Below, piece after piece: positions 51,701 through 63,243 of a DNA stretch of 64,000 nt. Position 1 is the stretch's first letter, and the number at the start of each line of letters is the position of its first letter. Where the stretch lies: positions 1,354,262-1,418,261 of the forward strand of contig JBJCIZ010000744.1 of assembly GCA_051294375.1 (NCBI GenBank). The letters are read 5' to 3'. Both the position numbers and the translations under genes were made by a program. Source of the stretch: Paraspadella gotoi. Lineage: Eukaryota; Animalia; Chaetognatha. A model generated the notes under the pieces. That model was not told the origin of the DNA, made no database searches, and saw nothing but the letters and a program-made list of their open reading frames with translations.

Positions 51701-54700
51701 AACGGGGGGACATGTGTGATGCCTGGGGTGTGAGGCATCTCCCGACAGTTGGCGCTCAGGGAGGCGAATTTAGGATTCGCCATACAATGTTATTATTTTC
51801 TCAATTTTGAGTAATTCGTCGTTATTTATTATTCTCTCTCTCTTTTTTCCTCTCTATTTCTCCTATCTATATCTCACCACACCTCTCTCCTGTCCCTCCT
51901 GTCTCTCGCCCCTAGCGCCATCTCCAATGTCTTCCTCGCCCCGTGGAACGATGGCGCTTCTCCTCGCCTCCGGCGTTCTAGGAAGTGACGACGACGACGC
52001 CGCCTCATCCTCGACTGAATCGGCCGGCGCCGGCGGCGCCTCTCCGGCGAAAGGCCTCGATCCGCCCAAACCCAAAGCGGCTTCTCCGGCCATCGCTCCT
52101 CCCGGCCTCCGCGCCGGCCGTTCGCCGATTTCCGGGATCGGCGCCGCTTCCAAGACGACGACGACGTCTAATGTTGTTGAAAAACCTGGTGAGAAACTTC
52201 GCTACTTTGTCTGTATTAGTTAATGAAAAAAAATGTTACTTTCTCTCAAATGTTACAATCTCTCAAATGTTACTATCACCTAAAATGGGTCAGGGGGCAA
52301 GATAGTCAATTGATTCATTGAATAAATAAATAACTTTGATATTGGTTTTACCGATTTCATATTACTTTGATTCTTCACGCGATTTGTCAATTTTTTGATT
52401 TTTCTTTTCAGAAACGACCAGCATTTCATTGTCTAAGACGCCTGCTGCAACGACGACGATGACGACGACGTCTAATGTTGTTGGAATACCTGGTGAGAAA
52501 CTTTGCTGCTTTGTCTGTATTAGTTAATAAAAAAAAAATGTTATCGTTTAAGGATATCATTTAAGATTTATTCTGAGAATAATAAAGTAATGGTGAGACA
52601 CACGCAGGAGTCCAGATCATTTCTACTGAAACTAAAGAAAGCTAGGTCTATTAATATTGAGAGAAGAGGATCAGAGGCAAGAGTTGTTTTGACAGTTCCA
52701 TTGATTCTGCAAGCTGATTGGTCGATGCCATTTTCTCCTTGACCAATCACAATCCGATGATTCAAATTCTCCGGATTTTATCCGATCCTCCGATCCAATT
52801 TTGATTCCGATTCTGATTTATATTTGATTTCACTTTATGAGGTTGAGTCTCCTGCGATGTTATTATCTCTCAAAAGGGAAAGAGGACTTAACTTAAAATA
52901 GTCAGGGGGCAAGATCTATTGATTCATTGAATAAATAAATAACTTTGATATTGGTTTTTCCGATTTCATATTACTTTGATTCTTCATGCGATTTGTCAAT
53001 TTTTTTATTTTTCTTTTCAGCAACGACTAGCGTTTCATTGTCTAAGACACCTGCTGCAACGACGACGATGTCGACGACATCTAATGTTGTTGAAAACCTG
53101 GTGAGAAACTTTGCTGCTTTGTCTGTATTAGTTGATGAAAAAAGAAATATGTTACTCTCAAGATATTGATTTTACCGATTTCATATTACTTTGATTTTTC
53201 ACGCGATTTGTCAATTTTTTTATTTTTCTATTTTTCTTTTCAGCAATGACCAGCGCTTCATTGTCTAAGACACCTGCTGCAACGACGACGATGTCGACGA
53301 CATCTAATGTGTTGGAAAACCTGGTGAGAAACTTTGCTGCTTTGTCTGTATTAATTGATGAAAAAAAAATATGTTACTATCTCTCAAAAGGGAAAGATAA
53401 CTTAACCCAAAATAGTTAGGGGGCAAGATAGTCTATTGATTCATTGAATAAATAAATAAATTTGATATTGGTTTTACCGATTTCATATTGCTTTGATTTT
53501 TCACGCGATTTGTCTATTATTTTTTTTTTTCAGCAACGACCAGCGTTTTATTGTCTAAGACGCCTGCTGCAACGACGACGACGACGACGACAGCGACGAA
53601 AGTCGTCGAAGCCGTCGGAAAACCCGGTCAGTGTCGAGTTTCGTTTTAAGTGAAATATTTATAATAACTCTGTATAATGTATAATGTGTTATAACTAATA
53701 TAAGACTAAATTTCAAAATTCCTAAGCGCAGTTTGGTGCGTTGACCTTCAAATCTTATTTTCTGTATAAACATTATAGACGGTACTATTCGTCTTTTTCG
53801 TACGATTACTATTTTTACGATCGCTCGGTTACAGTGACGTCCACAACGGCGACGGCGACGACGACGACGACGACCCCGACGAGGCCGACGACGACGACGA
53901 CCCCGACGAGGCCGACGACGTCGACGACCCCGACGAGGCCGACGCCGTCGTCAGAATCAGCGTCGCCGAAGCCGCCCACGATTCCGTCGGACGCCGCTCT
54001 TCGCGCCAAGCAGGAGTTGGAGAGGATCCGCGCCAAGCTTGCCAATCCCAAGGACAAGGTGGGAACTGGGCACTGGGGTCGGGCATTGGTCAGGGAGGGT
54101 TTTGGGTAACAGCTCTGAGATGCTAACAGATGGTAACAGATGCTAACAGATGGTAACGGCTCTGAGATGCGGCTCCACCTGTTGGTCGTTGCGTTAAACA
54201 TTTTCAATTTCGTTTCATTTGGTTTGAAAAACTATCGATATCATATTATAACTTATGTTGATGTCAGAATCATGACTTTCAACTCTATTTGTCCATCGAC
54301 TTCATTTTAACTTTATCACAAAACTACAACTCATTCCCGTTCGCCTTGTTTTCTTCGTTTCCAAGGAGATGGACGCTTTTAATCCGGCCAATGCCTTCAA
54401 GGAAATCGAGAATGCATCCCCGGCTCAAGCAGAGAATAAGGCGAGTATTGATCTTCTCTCTCTCTCTCTCTTCCTCCTTTTTGGTTTTTATTTTTTATTT
54501 TTTCTTCGTTAGACGGATGAGAAAAAGGAGGAGAAGGAGGAGAAGGAGGAGAAGAAAGAAGACGACAAAACGACGACTACAACAACAACGACGACGACGA
54601 CCGCCGCGTCTAAAACCACAACCACAACAACAACACCTTCGAAGACTTCGACGACGAACGGGACGTCATCTTCGAGTAAGCTTCATTCTTCTTTGTTTAT

Positions 54701-55013
54701 ATATTAGTATTTTGACCTTTTTCAAAAAGATATTTCCATATATATTGTTCGTTAATATTATTATTTTCTTTTTTTACGCCTTTCTCCCCCACCCCCAGAT
54801 TTCAGGAGCCGCTCCGGCAATTCCCCCCGCCCCATGCGCCCGGGCCTCCCTCGACCCATGGGCGGGATGCGTCCGGGTTGGCCCGGTCCTCCGGGTCCCC
54901 CCGGGCCCCGCGGCAACTGGAATTTTCCGGGCGGGCCGCGCCCCATGCGGCCGCGATTCGGCGGTGGACCCGGCTTCGGCTACGGAGGCGGCGGAGGCGG
55001 CTATGGGTGGTGA
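36756..55013 (+). CDS. YLPM1/ZAP3-like Pro/Gln/RGG-rich protein, more than 25 exons (first 36756-36897, last 54800-55013)
   Basis: Starts MYANWG..PPPPPP (human YLPM1 starts MYPNWG); helical block YLKQYEDYKKQFETWRSQNENHPNRQMFNQYMSQWTEWEAQM resembles a YLPM1 segment; splice phases consistent where checked; ends GPGFGYGGGGGGYGW-stop. Confidence 0.7.
38906..39527 (-). mobile_element. hAT-superfamily MITE with an 8-bp target-site duplication
   Basis: ttggccag (38898-38905) TAGAGTGGAG...CTCCACCCTA ttggccag (39528-39535). Confidence 0.85.
40036..40355. repeat. Fold-back element with ~105-bp imperfect inverted arms
   Basis: aaggcagttcaa (~40106) versus ttgaactgcctt (~40276), with continuing flanking complementarity. 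Confidence 0.6.
44112..44292 (+). mobile_element. Internally deleted copy of the tRNA-derived SINE-like repeat
   Basis: Both family ends present; most of the tRNA-like core missing. Confidence 0.75.
46397..46438 (+). ncRNA. Degenerate minimal hammerhead ribozyme motif (Penelope type)
   Basis: cg-CTGATGA-a-gatt(loop)agtc-GAAA-cgcctt-cg; one mismatch in stem III. Confidence 0.5.
48277..48650. repeat. CT-rich intronic minisatellite
   Basis: Repeats of ttcacc(tc)n ttctctcccct. Confidence 0.9.
49004..49047 (+). ncRNA. Minimal type-I hammerhead ribozyme motif (Penelope type) in an intron
   Basis: atgcg-CTGAAGA-a-ggctt(gcatta)aagcc-GAAA-catgTA-cgaat: full core, 5-bp stem II, palindromic acatgt stem III, short stem I. 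Confidence 0.7.
49444..49707. repeat. AG-rich 18-bp microsatellite array
   Basis: (agagagagagagacagaa)n. Confidence 0.9.
52150..53626 (+). repeat. Tandemly duplicated intron-exon cassettes (exons 52412-52492, 53021-53100, 53244-53323, 53534-53626)
   Basis: Each encodes TS.SLSKTPAATTT or a close variant, with near-identical flanking intron sequence. Confidence 0.85.
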
Positions 55014-55185
55014 AGAAGGAAGAGATGAAATTAAAGATGGAACATTAAACGACTTCAACTTAAAACTTCATTCTGTGTAAATCTCAAACGCGAAATATTG
55101 ATGGAGCTTTTTTTTTTTTTTTAACTCGAACGATACTTAAAAATTCCCCCCTTTGAAAATTTGGCAAAAATTGAATTCAAATTAA

Positions 55186-55289
55186 CGATTTGAACATATA
55201 ATTAGGTTCGATTTGAACATATAATTAGGTTCGATTTGAACATATAATTAGGTTCGATTTGAACATATAATTAGGTTCGATTTGAACAT
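55186..55289. repeat. 23-bp tandem repeat cgatttgaacatataattaggtt, ~4.5 units
   Basis: Perfect direct units. Confidence 0.9.
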
Positions 55290-55912
55290 TAGTTTTATTT
55301 GTATAGAAAACTTTTAATCACCTGCTCCGATATCTTTGTAAATAGTCACGGCTCATTCACGCAGATTTTGTGAGCGCCTCACGACCTATTGTGATTAATA
55401 GCACATCGTTTACTTCATTCATGTTTTAATCAACCAGATATGAATTTATTTCATGGTTGTATCCATAGCAATAATGATTAGAGAGACGTGTTCAAAATCG
55501 GAAAACTTTATAAGAAAAAAAGCTTTATTATTTTCCTAACTCGTCTAATTCACTCTTCCGAATTAAGTAGTATTTGGTTGAAAATCTTCCATTTTTTTTT
55601 CATCCAGCTTTATTATTATTATTAATTGATTTTTCTCTTTTTATTTCTGTTCCAAAAGGTTTGCCAGAAATTGTATTCGTTCCTCGTATATATATATATG
55701 CGGATTATTTTTTTTTCAGTGACATTATTTATGTGAAGTAAAAGCGGCTGGAATTTTATTATATAACTAATTGATTGCCGATGGCGACGACCTCAATCAT
55801 GTTTCAACAATAAATTCTTCCTCTTTATATATAAATTGTTTTGCAAACTCTTAATCTTTTTCACGGATTCGATTCTCAGCTCAACTCAATTTTAATCACC
55901 GAGTGAAACAAA

Positions 55913-58900
55913 ATGAAAAAAGGGAAAAGCAAAGTGGGAAAAAGTGGACACGTGAAATCGGATTTTGATTCGAATGTGAAACAGGAAGTCGACACGGATG
56001 TTAAAGCGGATTCTGACCCGGATCTAAAGCCAGATGTAGACCCCGATACGGACCCGAATGTGAAACGGGATTCTGACCCGGATCTAAAGCCAGATGTAGA
56101 CCCCGATACGGACCCGAATGTAAAACCAGAAGTCGACCAGGATGCGAAATCCGATCCGGATTCTAAACCGGATGTAAAGCCGGAAGTTTCCTCCGAGACG
56201 AAGAAAAAATCGGAACCTAAACCGAAAGTCGGTGGTGATCGAGAAGAAGACCCCGTCGTCGAAGAGATCGCCGAGAATCTGGGATCCAAGATCCGGACGC
56301 CGACTCATCGATGGGCGTCGAATGTGCCCGACGTTTGTCTCGTCGAAGAGTGCGTCTTGGGTAAAGTGGGGGTTTTGGTGGTGGGCGTGGCTCTCTGCGT
56401 TTTGTGGGCGTGACCGTCTGGTGGGTGCGGAGGGGCTTCGATCGAAAAGAGATAATTTACTCTTTCATTCTGTAATGCTAAATTATCGTTTATTATTTAA
56501 AAAAAAGGCATCGACGAGGCGGGACGCGGGCCCGTTCTCGGTCCCATGGTCTACGGATGTTGCTATGTCCCTCGCGATCGCGAATCCGCCCTCAGGAAGA
56601 TGGGATGCATGGACTCTAAGATGCTTACAGGTTTGGTCGTCGTCGTCGTTAACGTTGTTGTCGGCGTCGTGTTCTGAAAAAAAAAAAAACAAACTTACCA
56701 TAATACAAATTATTTCAATTTAGTATAACAAATAGCTTTATAGTAATTCTAACAGGGAGGCGTGTATTATTAAAAGTATTTATTCAAAAGTTGTAACAAA
56801 TAATCGAAACTGCAACAATATGTAAATGAGATTGAAGAACTTGATCCGAGTTAAAACGAACGAAAAATTATTGTGCTACACGATTTCCCTTTTTTTTTCC
56901 TCCTCTACATCTATTTTATTCTTTTCTCACCAGAGGGCAAACGAGAAATTCTCTTCTCTCAATTCTCCTCTTCCTCCCCTTTCGCCGGATGGGGCGTCGC
57001 CGTCCTTCCGCCATCTTGGATCTGCGAAGCCCAACTCCGCCGTTGCAAATACAACCTCAACGCCATGTCCCACGATGCGGCCATGGAGTTGATTCAAGGG
57101 GTCATCGACGCGGGGGTCAATCTCGTCGAGGTCTTTGTGGACACCGTCGGTGGGTTGGGGTTGCGGGGGTTGTGGTAATGGGGGAGGTGGTTGGGGCTTT
57201 GTGGAATGTGGAACTTTTAAAGAAATATGAGACAGATTGTTTTCTCTTTTTGAACGAAAACGGAGCAAACTAATTAAGGGAATGGTTGCTAAAAATTCAT
57301 ATTATGTTAACAATAAAAGCGAGCCAAAAAAAAAAAAGAAATTTAGAAAAGATGGAAATGTTTATTAAAAGTTTGTGTCCAACATGACCCGTTTGGAGAG
57401 TCCCACCTTGGCCCTCTAATCCTTTACCCCCTTTCCATATCACCCCGCCAAAGCCTTCTGACCTCTGACATATACATATATATATATATCATCGACGTTA
57501 ACTGAAACTGCCGTAACGGTGAGAGGAATAAGGAATCTTCGAAGTAACGGAAACAAGAGTTTTATTCTCAGAATAAAATGTGATCAAAAAATCATGGATG
57601 AAATTCTTTGCTCTTTCTTTTGTGAGCCAGAAGAACCAAGTGACAAGCAAATTCACATCAAGCCTCTATATCTACTTTTAGTTCCCGCTCCCTGACCCCA
57701 CTAAACTCCCTGCCTTGTTCCCCATTGGCCCCCGACCCATGTGATCCCTTTCTACTCTTCTGTGATTGGTTCGTGGTCCAAGTGTGGTCATTGGGTAAGG
57801 TCTTTGTTTGAGCTTTTGGTGAGGTTGGCTTTGCCGCCGGCTGCTCTGGTGAGTCCGCTGCTTCTGCTCCTGCATCTGGGTTGGGGAGGCGAGAGAGAGG
57901 AAACAGCAGCCGGCGACCGCGTGGTCAGTGAGCGTTGATGATATATATATATACATATAATCCCCCCCCTCTCTGCCCCCTCCCCTTAACAGGCGAGCCG
58001 ACGAAATACCGGGATCTCATCAAGTCTCGTTTCCCTCGTCTCGCCGTCCGCGTTGAGAAAAAGGCGGACGCGACTTTTCCTTGTGTCTCAGCCGCATCCA
58101 TCGCAGCAAAGGTCGCCCTCTCTTCTCTTCTCTCTCCTCTTCTCCTCTCTTTACTGTCCTCTTCTCTATTCTCTTCTTTTCTCTCTTTAAGGTCCTCTTT
58201 GAGATCTTTCCCCCATCTCCGCCTCATCACCACTCTTTTCTCTTCCTTAGCTTTTCCTTTCGCTTCCCTTTTATCTCTATTCCCTTCTCTTGACATTCCT
58301 CTTCTCTTCTCTTTTCGCTTTATCTCTTCCTCTCTCTTTTCTCTTCTCAAACCCCAGACTCCTACTTCTTACGTTCCCCACCTTTTCCACTTTAAATTCC
58401 CCCCCCACTCCCCCCTTCCAGGTTTCCCGCGACGCCATCCTTCAGCGCTGGACTTTCCCCGAGTCGATCTCCGTCCCTCCTTCGGGCTTCGGCTCCGGCT
58501 ACACCAGCGACGCCACCACCAAGAATTTCCTCAGCAACATTCTGGACAAAGTCTTCGGGTTTCCTTCCTTCGTCAGATTCTCTTGGTCCACCGTGGCCCT
58601 ATTGCTGCGGGATAACGGTGCGTGGGACGATTGTGGTCAGTTGTGTGGCCAGTTGTGTTGGCGATTGTGGTGTCATTTTCGGGTCTATGCGTTTGGTTAA
58701 AATTCGAATCAATCGCTTAGCGATTTATTTCAAACAATACTACTAAGTAATATTTGGAATGACTTGTTAAAGATCTAACCGTAACCAATTTTCCCAATGC
58801 GTTTTTAACTTTAATTACTTTAATTTATTTCATTAATTAATTTCATTCATTTAACAGCCTATTCCGTCCGATGGGAAGACGACGAAGACGAAGAAGATTC

Positions 58901-59395
58901 GGGAACGAAGAAGAAGAAGAAAAATGAGAAGCCAGGGGGTGAGAGGGAATTGAGAATAATAATTAATAATAATTATAATATTAATTAATTGTAATTATTC
59001 GAATATCAACGTTTACCTTAAAATAAGGGATCGTTAAATAGAAAATCAATTGGTATTTACAAAATAGTTAAGGCCACTGGCAGATACCGCTCTATGAAAT
59101 TGGTGCTTATAATTATAAATGCTTATAAATTAAAGATTTTCAGACTTAACTGCTATTCCACCTTTGTCCATCCCCCGCTCCACCTCCTGCAGGTACCGCC
59201 GCTCTCTCCAAATACTTTTCTCCCGCGACGAAGCGAAAGGCCAACGACGACGACGACGACAACGAAGACGAAAACGAGGCCGACCCTGACGCTGCAAAAC
59301 GTCGGCGCCTCAAAGAGGCGGAGACGCGTCACGCCGAGCGGCGCCACCGGTTTTTCACGTGGAGATCGCTCAGTCTGCAGAGAACGTTGGCGTAA
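55913..59395 (+). CDS. RNASEH2A: Ribonuclease H2 subunit A; exons 55913-56360, 56508-56630, 56934-57149, 57993-58111, 58422-58617, 58858-58938, 59193-59395
   Basis: [76 protein letters not shown]. Confidence 0.95.
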
Positions 59396-59870
59396 AAAAA
59401 AATAGGATGAGGATGAGGAGGAGAAAAGTAATGGGGCGACCGTGGATGTCTCGTTTGACCCCGCGTTTCCTGTTGCTACGCCCGCTATTCCGCTGGATAT
59501 TACGTTGGCCAAAAGCGTCGGTTAAATCTTCATTAAAAACAGATTGATGAGACACTTTTATACCACCATTTTTTTTTTATCGTTACATTGTTTTTCAAAT
59601 TTTTATCTGTTAATTGATATTTTATTTCCGATTCTTTGTTATACTGTTATATTTCTCAAAGAATTTAAGTTTTGATTTGTCAAGTTTATTTTAGGATTAA
59701 ACCCGAAGGAAGAAAAAATTTAAAACGTCAAGATCGAAAGATCAAAACTGAAGATGGAAAATTAAGGAGAATTTTCATCGAAATCGCGTGATTCTTTTCA
59801 GGGATTCAATCATTTTTAAAATATTTATATTTATGATCAGTTCAAAAATTGCGTAACGAGGATTCTTAAA

Positions 59871-62800
59871 ATGCGCGCCGCTGCAGCCGCCTCCGCCGCC
59901 GCCTCGGCGGAGATCCTCGTCTTCCGCAACGCAAGAATCTGGCGTCCGAATTGGAGAAGCCTCCTCGACGACGGGCGACTGGGGGAAGCCTCGTGGTTCA
60001 GCGTCGACGTCGCCAAGGGAGTCTTTAAGGAAGTCGGGGAACCCGGCGAGGAGTTTGACGAGGAGAAGGCGGGGTAAATGGCGCTGGGCGTGAAGGTCAT
60101 CCTTCCCTCTCTTTCTCTCCCCCTCCCTCCCTCCCTCTCCGGAAGAAAAAGCCATCTTCGGCAGCCTCGGCGTCGCAGCCAGCTGACCCGCTGGGTCCCT
60201 TACCCAAAACAAGGAAGGAGCTCACCTCGGCTCAATGACCTTAACCTTGGCCAGTGGAGAAAAGAGGAAAAAGAGAGTAGGGGCTTCGACTGTGACCAAT
60301 AGACAACGGGCGTGAGATCTCGATGAGGAAAACCAAAACGACAATGGACTAAAAAAGGAGGAAAATTTAGCCCTCGCGGTGCATTTGTGAAAGCGAAATT
60401 AGAGTTTTTCATGGTTGACCTAGAATCGTGAATCGGTTTTTGTGAGAAAAGGTTTTGTTCCCCGCATCGAAAGTGAAGCCACGCCCATTGAAAAATCCTT
60501 GCAGCCTCTCCTCCGCCCACCGAGTGATCGATCTTCGATCCTCTTGGGTCTTCCCCGGATTCCACGACTCCCACCTTCATCTCTCGGTCTTTGGCCAGAG
60601 AGTCTCCAGCCTCGATCTCGCCGCCTGCGAGTCCGTTGCTTCCTTGAAGGACGAGTTGAGGCGCTACGCCGACGGAAAGAAGGAGGCCGGGCACGCCGCG
60701 GAATGGCTCGTCGGGTTCGGTTGGGACGAAGCCAAGTTAGGTTAGAAAATTTTTTTTTCGGTTGGGACACTAATTTTGGTCATTACCACTTAATCCCCCT
60801 CCTCTCCGAAGACCGCCTCCCCACCCTCGAGGATCTCGACGAGGTCGTCCGCGACGCAGCCGTCTTCCTGCACCGAGTCTGTCTCCACGCCGCCGTCGTC
60901 AACTCGAAGGCGTTGGAGCTGAGCGGGATCGCCGCGGAGACGGCGCCGCGGACCGACGGGTCCGTGGAATACGACGATAGCGGAAGACCCACTGGTAAGT
61001 TTCAGAAGGCGTGAAAATGGTGAATTTAGAAAGTCGTGGCTAAAAAGTCACCGCAGCGCTTAAGAAGATCACTTTCGACCCACGCCCTCTTTTTCCGCCC
61101 CCCCCCTATCCTTCTCTAACCGAAACAGGCCTCATCCGCGAGTCCGCCTGTTTCCAGATGGAATCCTCAATCACTCGATCTCGCTCCGAGAAGCGAGCGG
61201 CGATCCAAGCCGGAATGGCCGAGTGCCTTCGCCTCGGCGTCACATCCGGTCAGACCAACGAGTTCGATCCGGAGTCGTGGTCCATCTTCAACGAGCTCCA
61301 CTCCGTCGAAGGCTCCCTTCCCTGGAGGACCTTCTTCGTTCGAATGCACGACGACGCCGCGGAACCCGCCACGCCCACTCGCGTCTCTTCGACCCTCTCC
61401 TGCGACCGGGTCAAGTTCATCGCCGACGGATCCGTGGGCGCGGAGACGGCGGCTCTGTCGAGGCCGTACAAGGGAAGAGGGGAGAGCGAAAGAGGGGAGC
61501 TCAAGTATGAGGAGGAGGAGGTAAAGGAGCGGGTGGCGGAGGCGGCGGCGAAGGGATTCAGGGTGGAGACTCACGCCATTGGAGATAGATGCGCGGAGCA
61601 GGTTGGAGATTTGGAGGAAGGGGGGCGGGGGAGGAGCGGTCAGGTGGGGGACTGGGAAGGTGTTAGTTGGCTTCCGTTTGTTATTCAGTTTAGTCAAGGA
61701 TTTAATTTCATTATTAGGCATTGTGAGGTGTAAAAGTAAATTATAAATTATTAGCTGGTAAATTATAAAATTCCCCCCGAAAAATAAGTCGATCGAGTCG
61801 AATAAATTATAAGTATAGAAGTTGGAAGAAATCCTGACTTGTCCTGAACAGGGAGCGGCCCTTGTCTTATTATTCTCTCACTCTCTCTCTCTCTCTCTCT
61901 CTTTCTCTCGCTTTCTCTCTCTATCTCTCTCTCATTAGATTCTCCACGCCTACGAGACGTCGCCCTCCTTCCGTCCGATCCTCACCCATTGTCAATTCCT
62001 GACCGACGATCTGATCCGTCAGATGTCGCGTCTCGGCGTCGTCGCCAGTGTCCAACCCTCGATGGTCTGTTCCGACGCTGGGTGGTTGGCCGACAAGGTG
62101 GACGACGCTATCTTGGCGGGTGGGTAAATTTGAGGTGGTTTTTTCGGAAAAGGGGTGACGGATGGAATTTTCTTTTGGTTTATTTATTAATAACCTTTGG
62201 CAACAGCCGGGTTGCCTGTGATGCCCATTGGGATGGGGCATCTCACCGTTGGCTTTGGGAGCTTCCGACCCTCAGTGACGCCTCCAGTTATTGGCGCCAA
62301 TGGATTTGGCTGAACGATGGTGGACGTGAGGCGGTGTGAATATAGCGCCACAAACCATCCGTTATTTTTTACTGTCACTATTTGGGTTTATTTTTATTAC
62401 CTTCGTCAATCAGAAGATGAATTATTCATTGGTTCATTCGTATTTTAATATTTTAATATATGTATTAAGTTTAACATTCAACTCAATTCCTCGGAAAAAA
62501 AAATCCATTCCAGACCACGCCTACGCCTGGAAGAGCCTCTCCTCCAGCGGCGTATCCCTCGCCTTCGGTTCCGACGCCCCCGTCGAGTATCCCTCTCCGG
62601 CGCTCGGCGTTTACGACGCCGTCTTCCGTCAAGCGTCTCGTCGAGACCCCGACGTCGCCTCCCCCGAGATCTTCAAGCCGGAAGAGCGCCTGACCGTTGG
62701 CGAAGCCGTAGACGCCTACACGACGGGCGCCGCTTGGGCCGCCGGACGGGAAGATAGTCTGGGTCAGATCGCCCCCGGATTCGAGGCCGACTTTGTTGTT

Positions 62801-62896
62801 GTGGAAGGGGACGTGGATCCAGTCACGGAGGCTGGGGAGTGGCGGAAGATCAAGTTTGGACAAGTCTGGGTAGCGGGCAAGAGGAGGGTCGGATGA
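59871..62896 (+). CDS. YtcJ-like metal-dependent amidohydrolase (Amidohydro_3); exons 59871-60073, 60505-60740, 60812-60994, 61129-61601, 61939-62119, 62514-62896
   Basis: VIDL..VFPGFHDSHLH, KFIADGSVG..TAAL..PY, HAIGD, FGSDAPVE, YTTGAAWA..LGQIAPGFEADFVV. Confidence 0.9.
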
Positions 62897-63243
62897 GATG
62901 AGGTGGCGTTCGTATTATTTCATTTTCTCTTTACTATTTTATTACTACTTTTATTACTTTTATTACTATTTTATTACTACCGGGACGATCGAGACTTGCT
63001 ACTTTTGATTAATTATTACCTTTTATGCAATTTTTTCCGTGCCTCGAGATTTCGATTGGGAGATCAGCGCTTTTCTCTTACGGTTTACCATATGTTTGTT
63101 AAATGAATTTATTTCTGTTTTGATCGATTTATTTTTCGATCCATTCTTACGCTTAAACGAAGAATTCTTTTGTCATAGGCTATAACTTAATTAATTAGTT
63201 AATAATTTAATATTAATTTGACGCATATCCGCGTGGAAAAACG

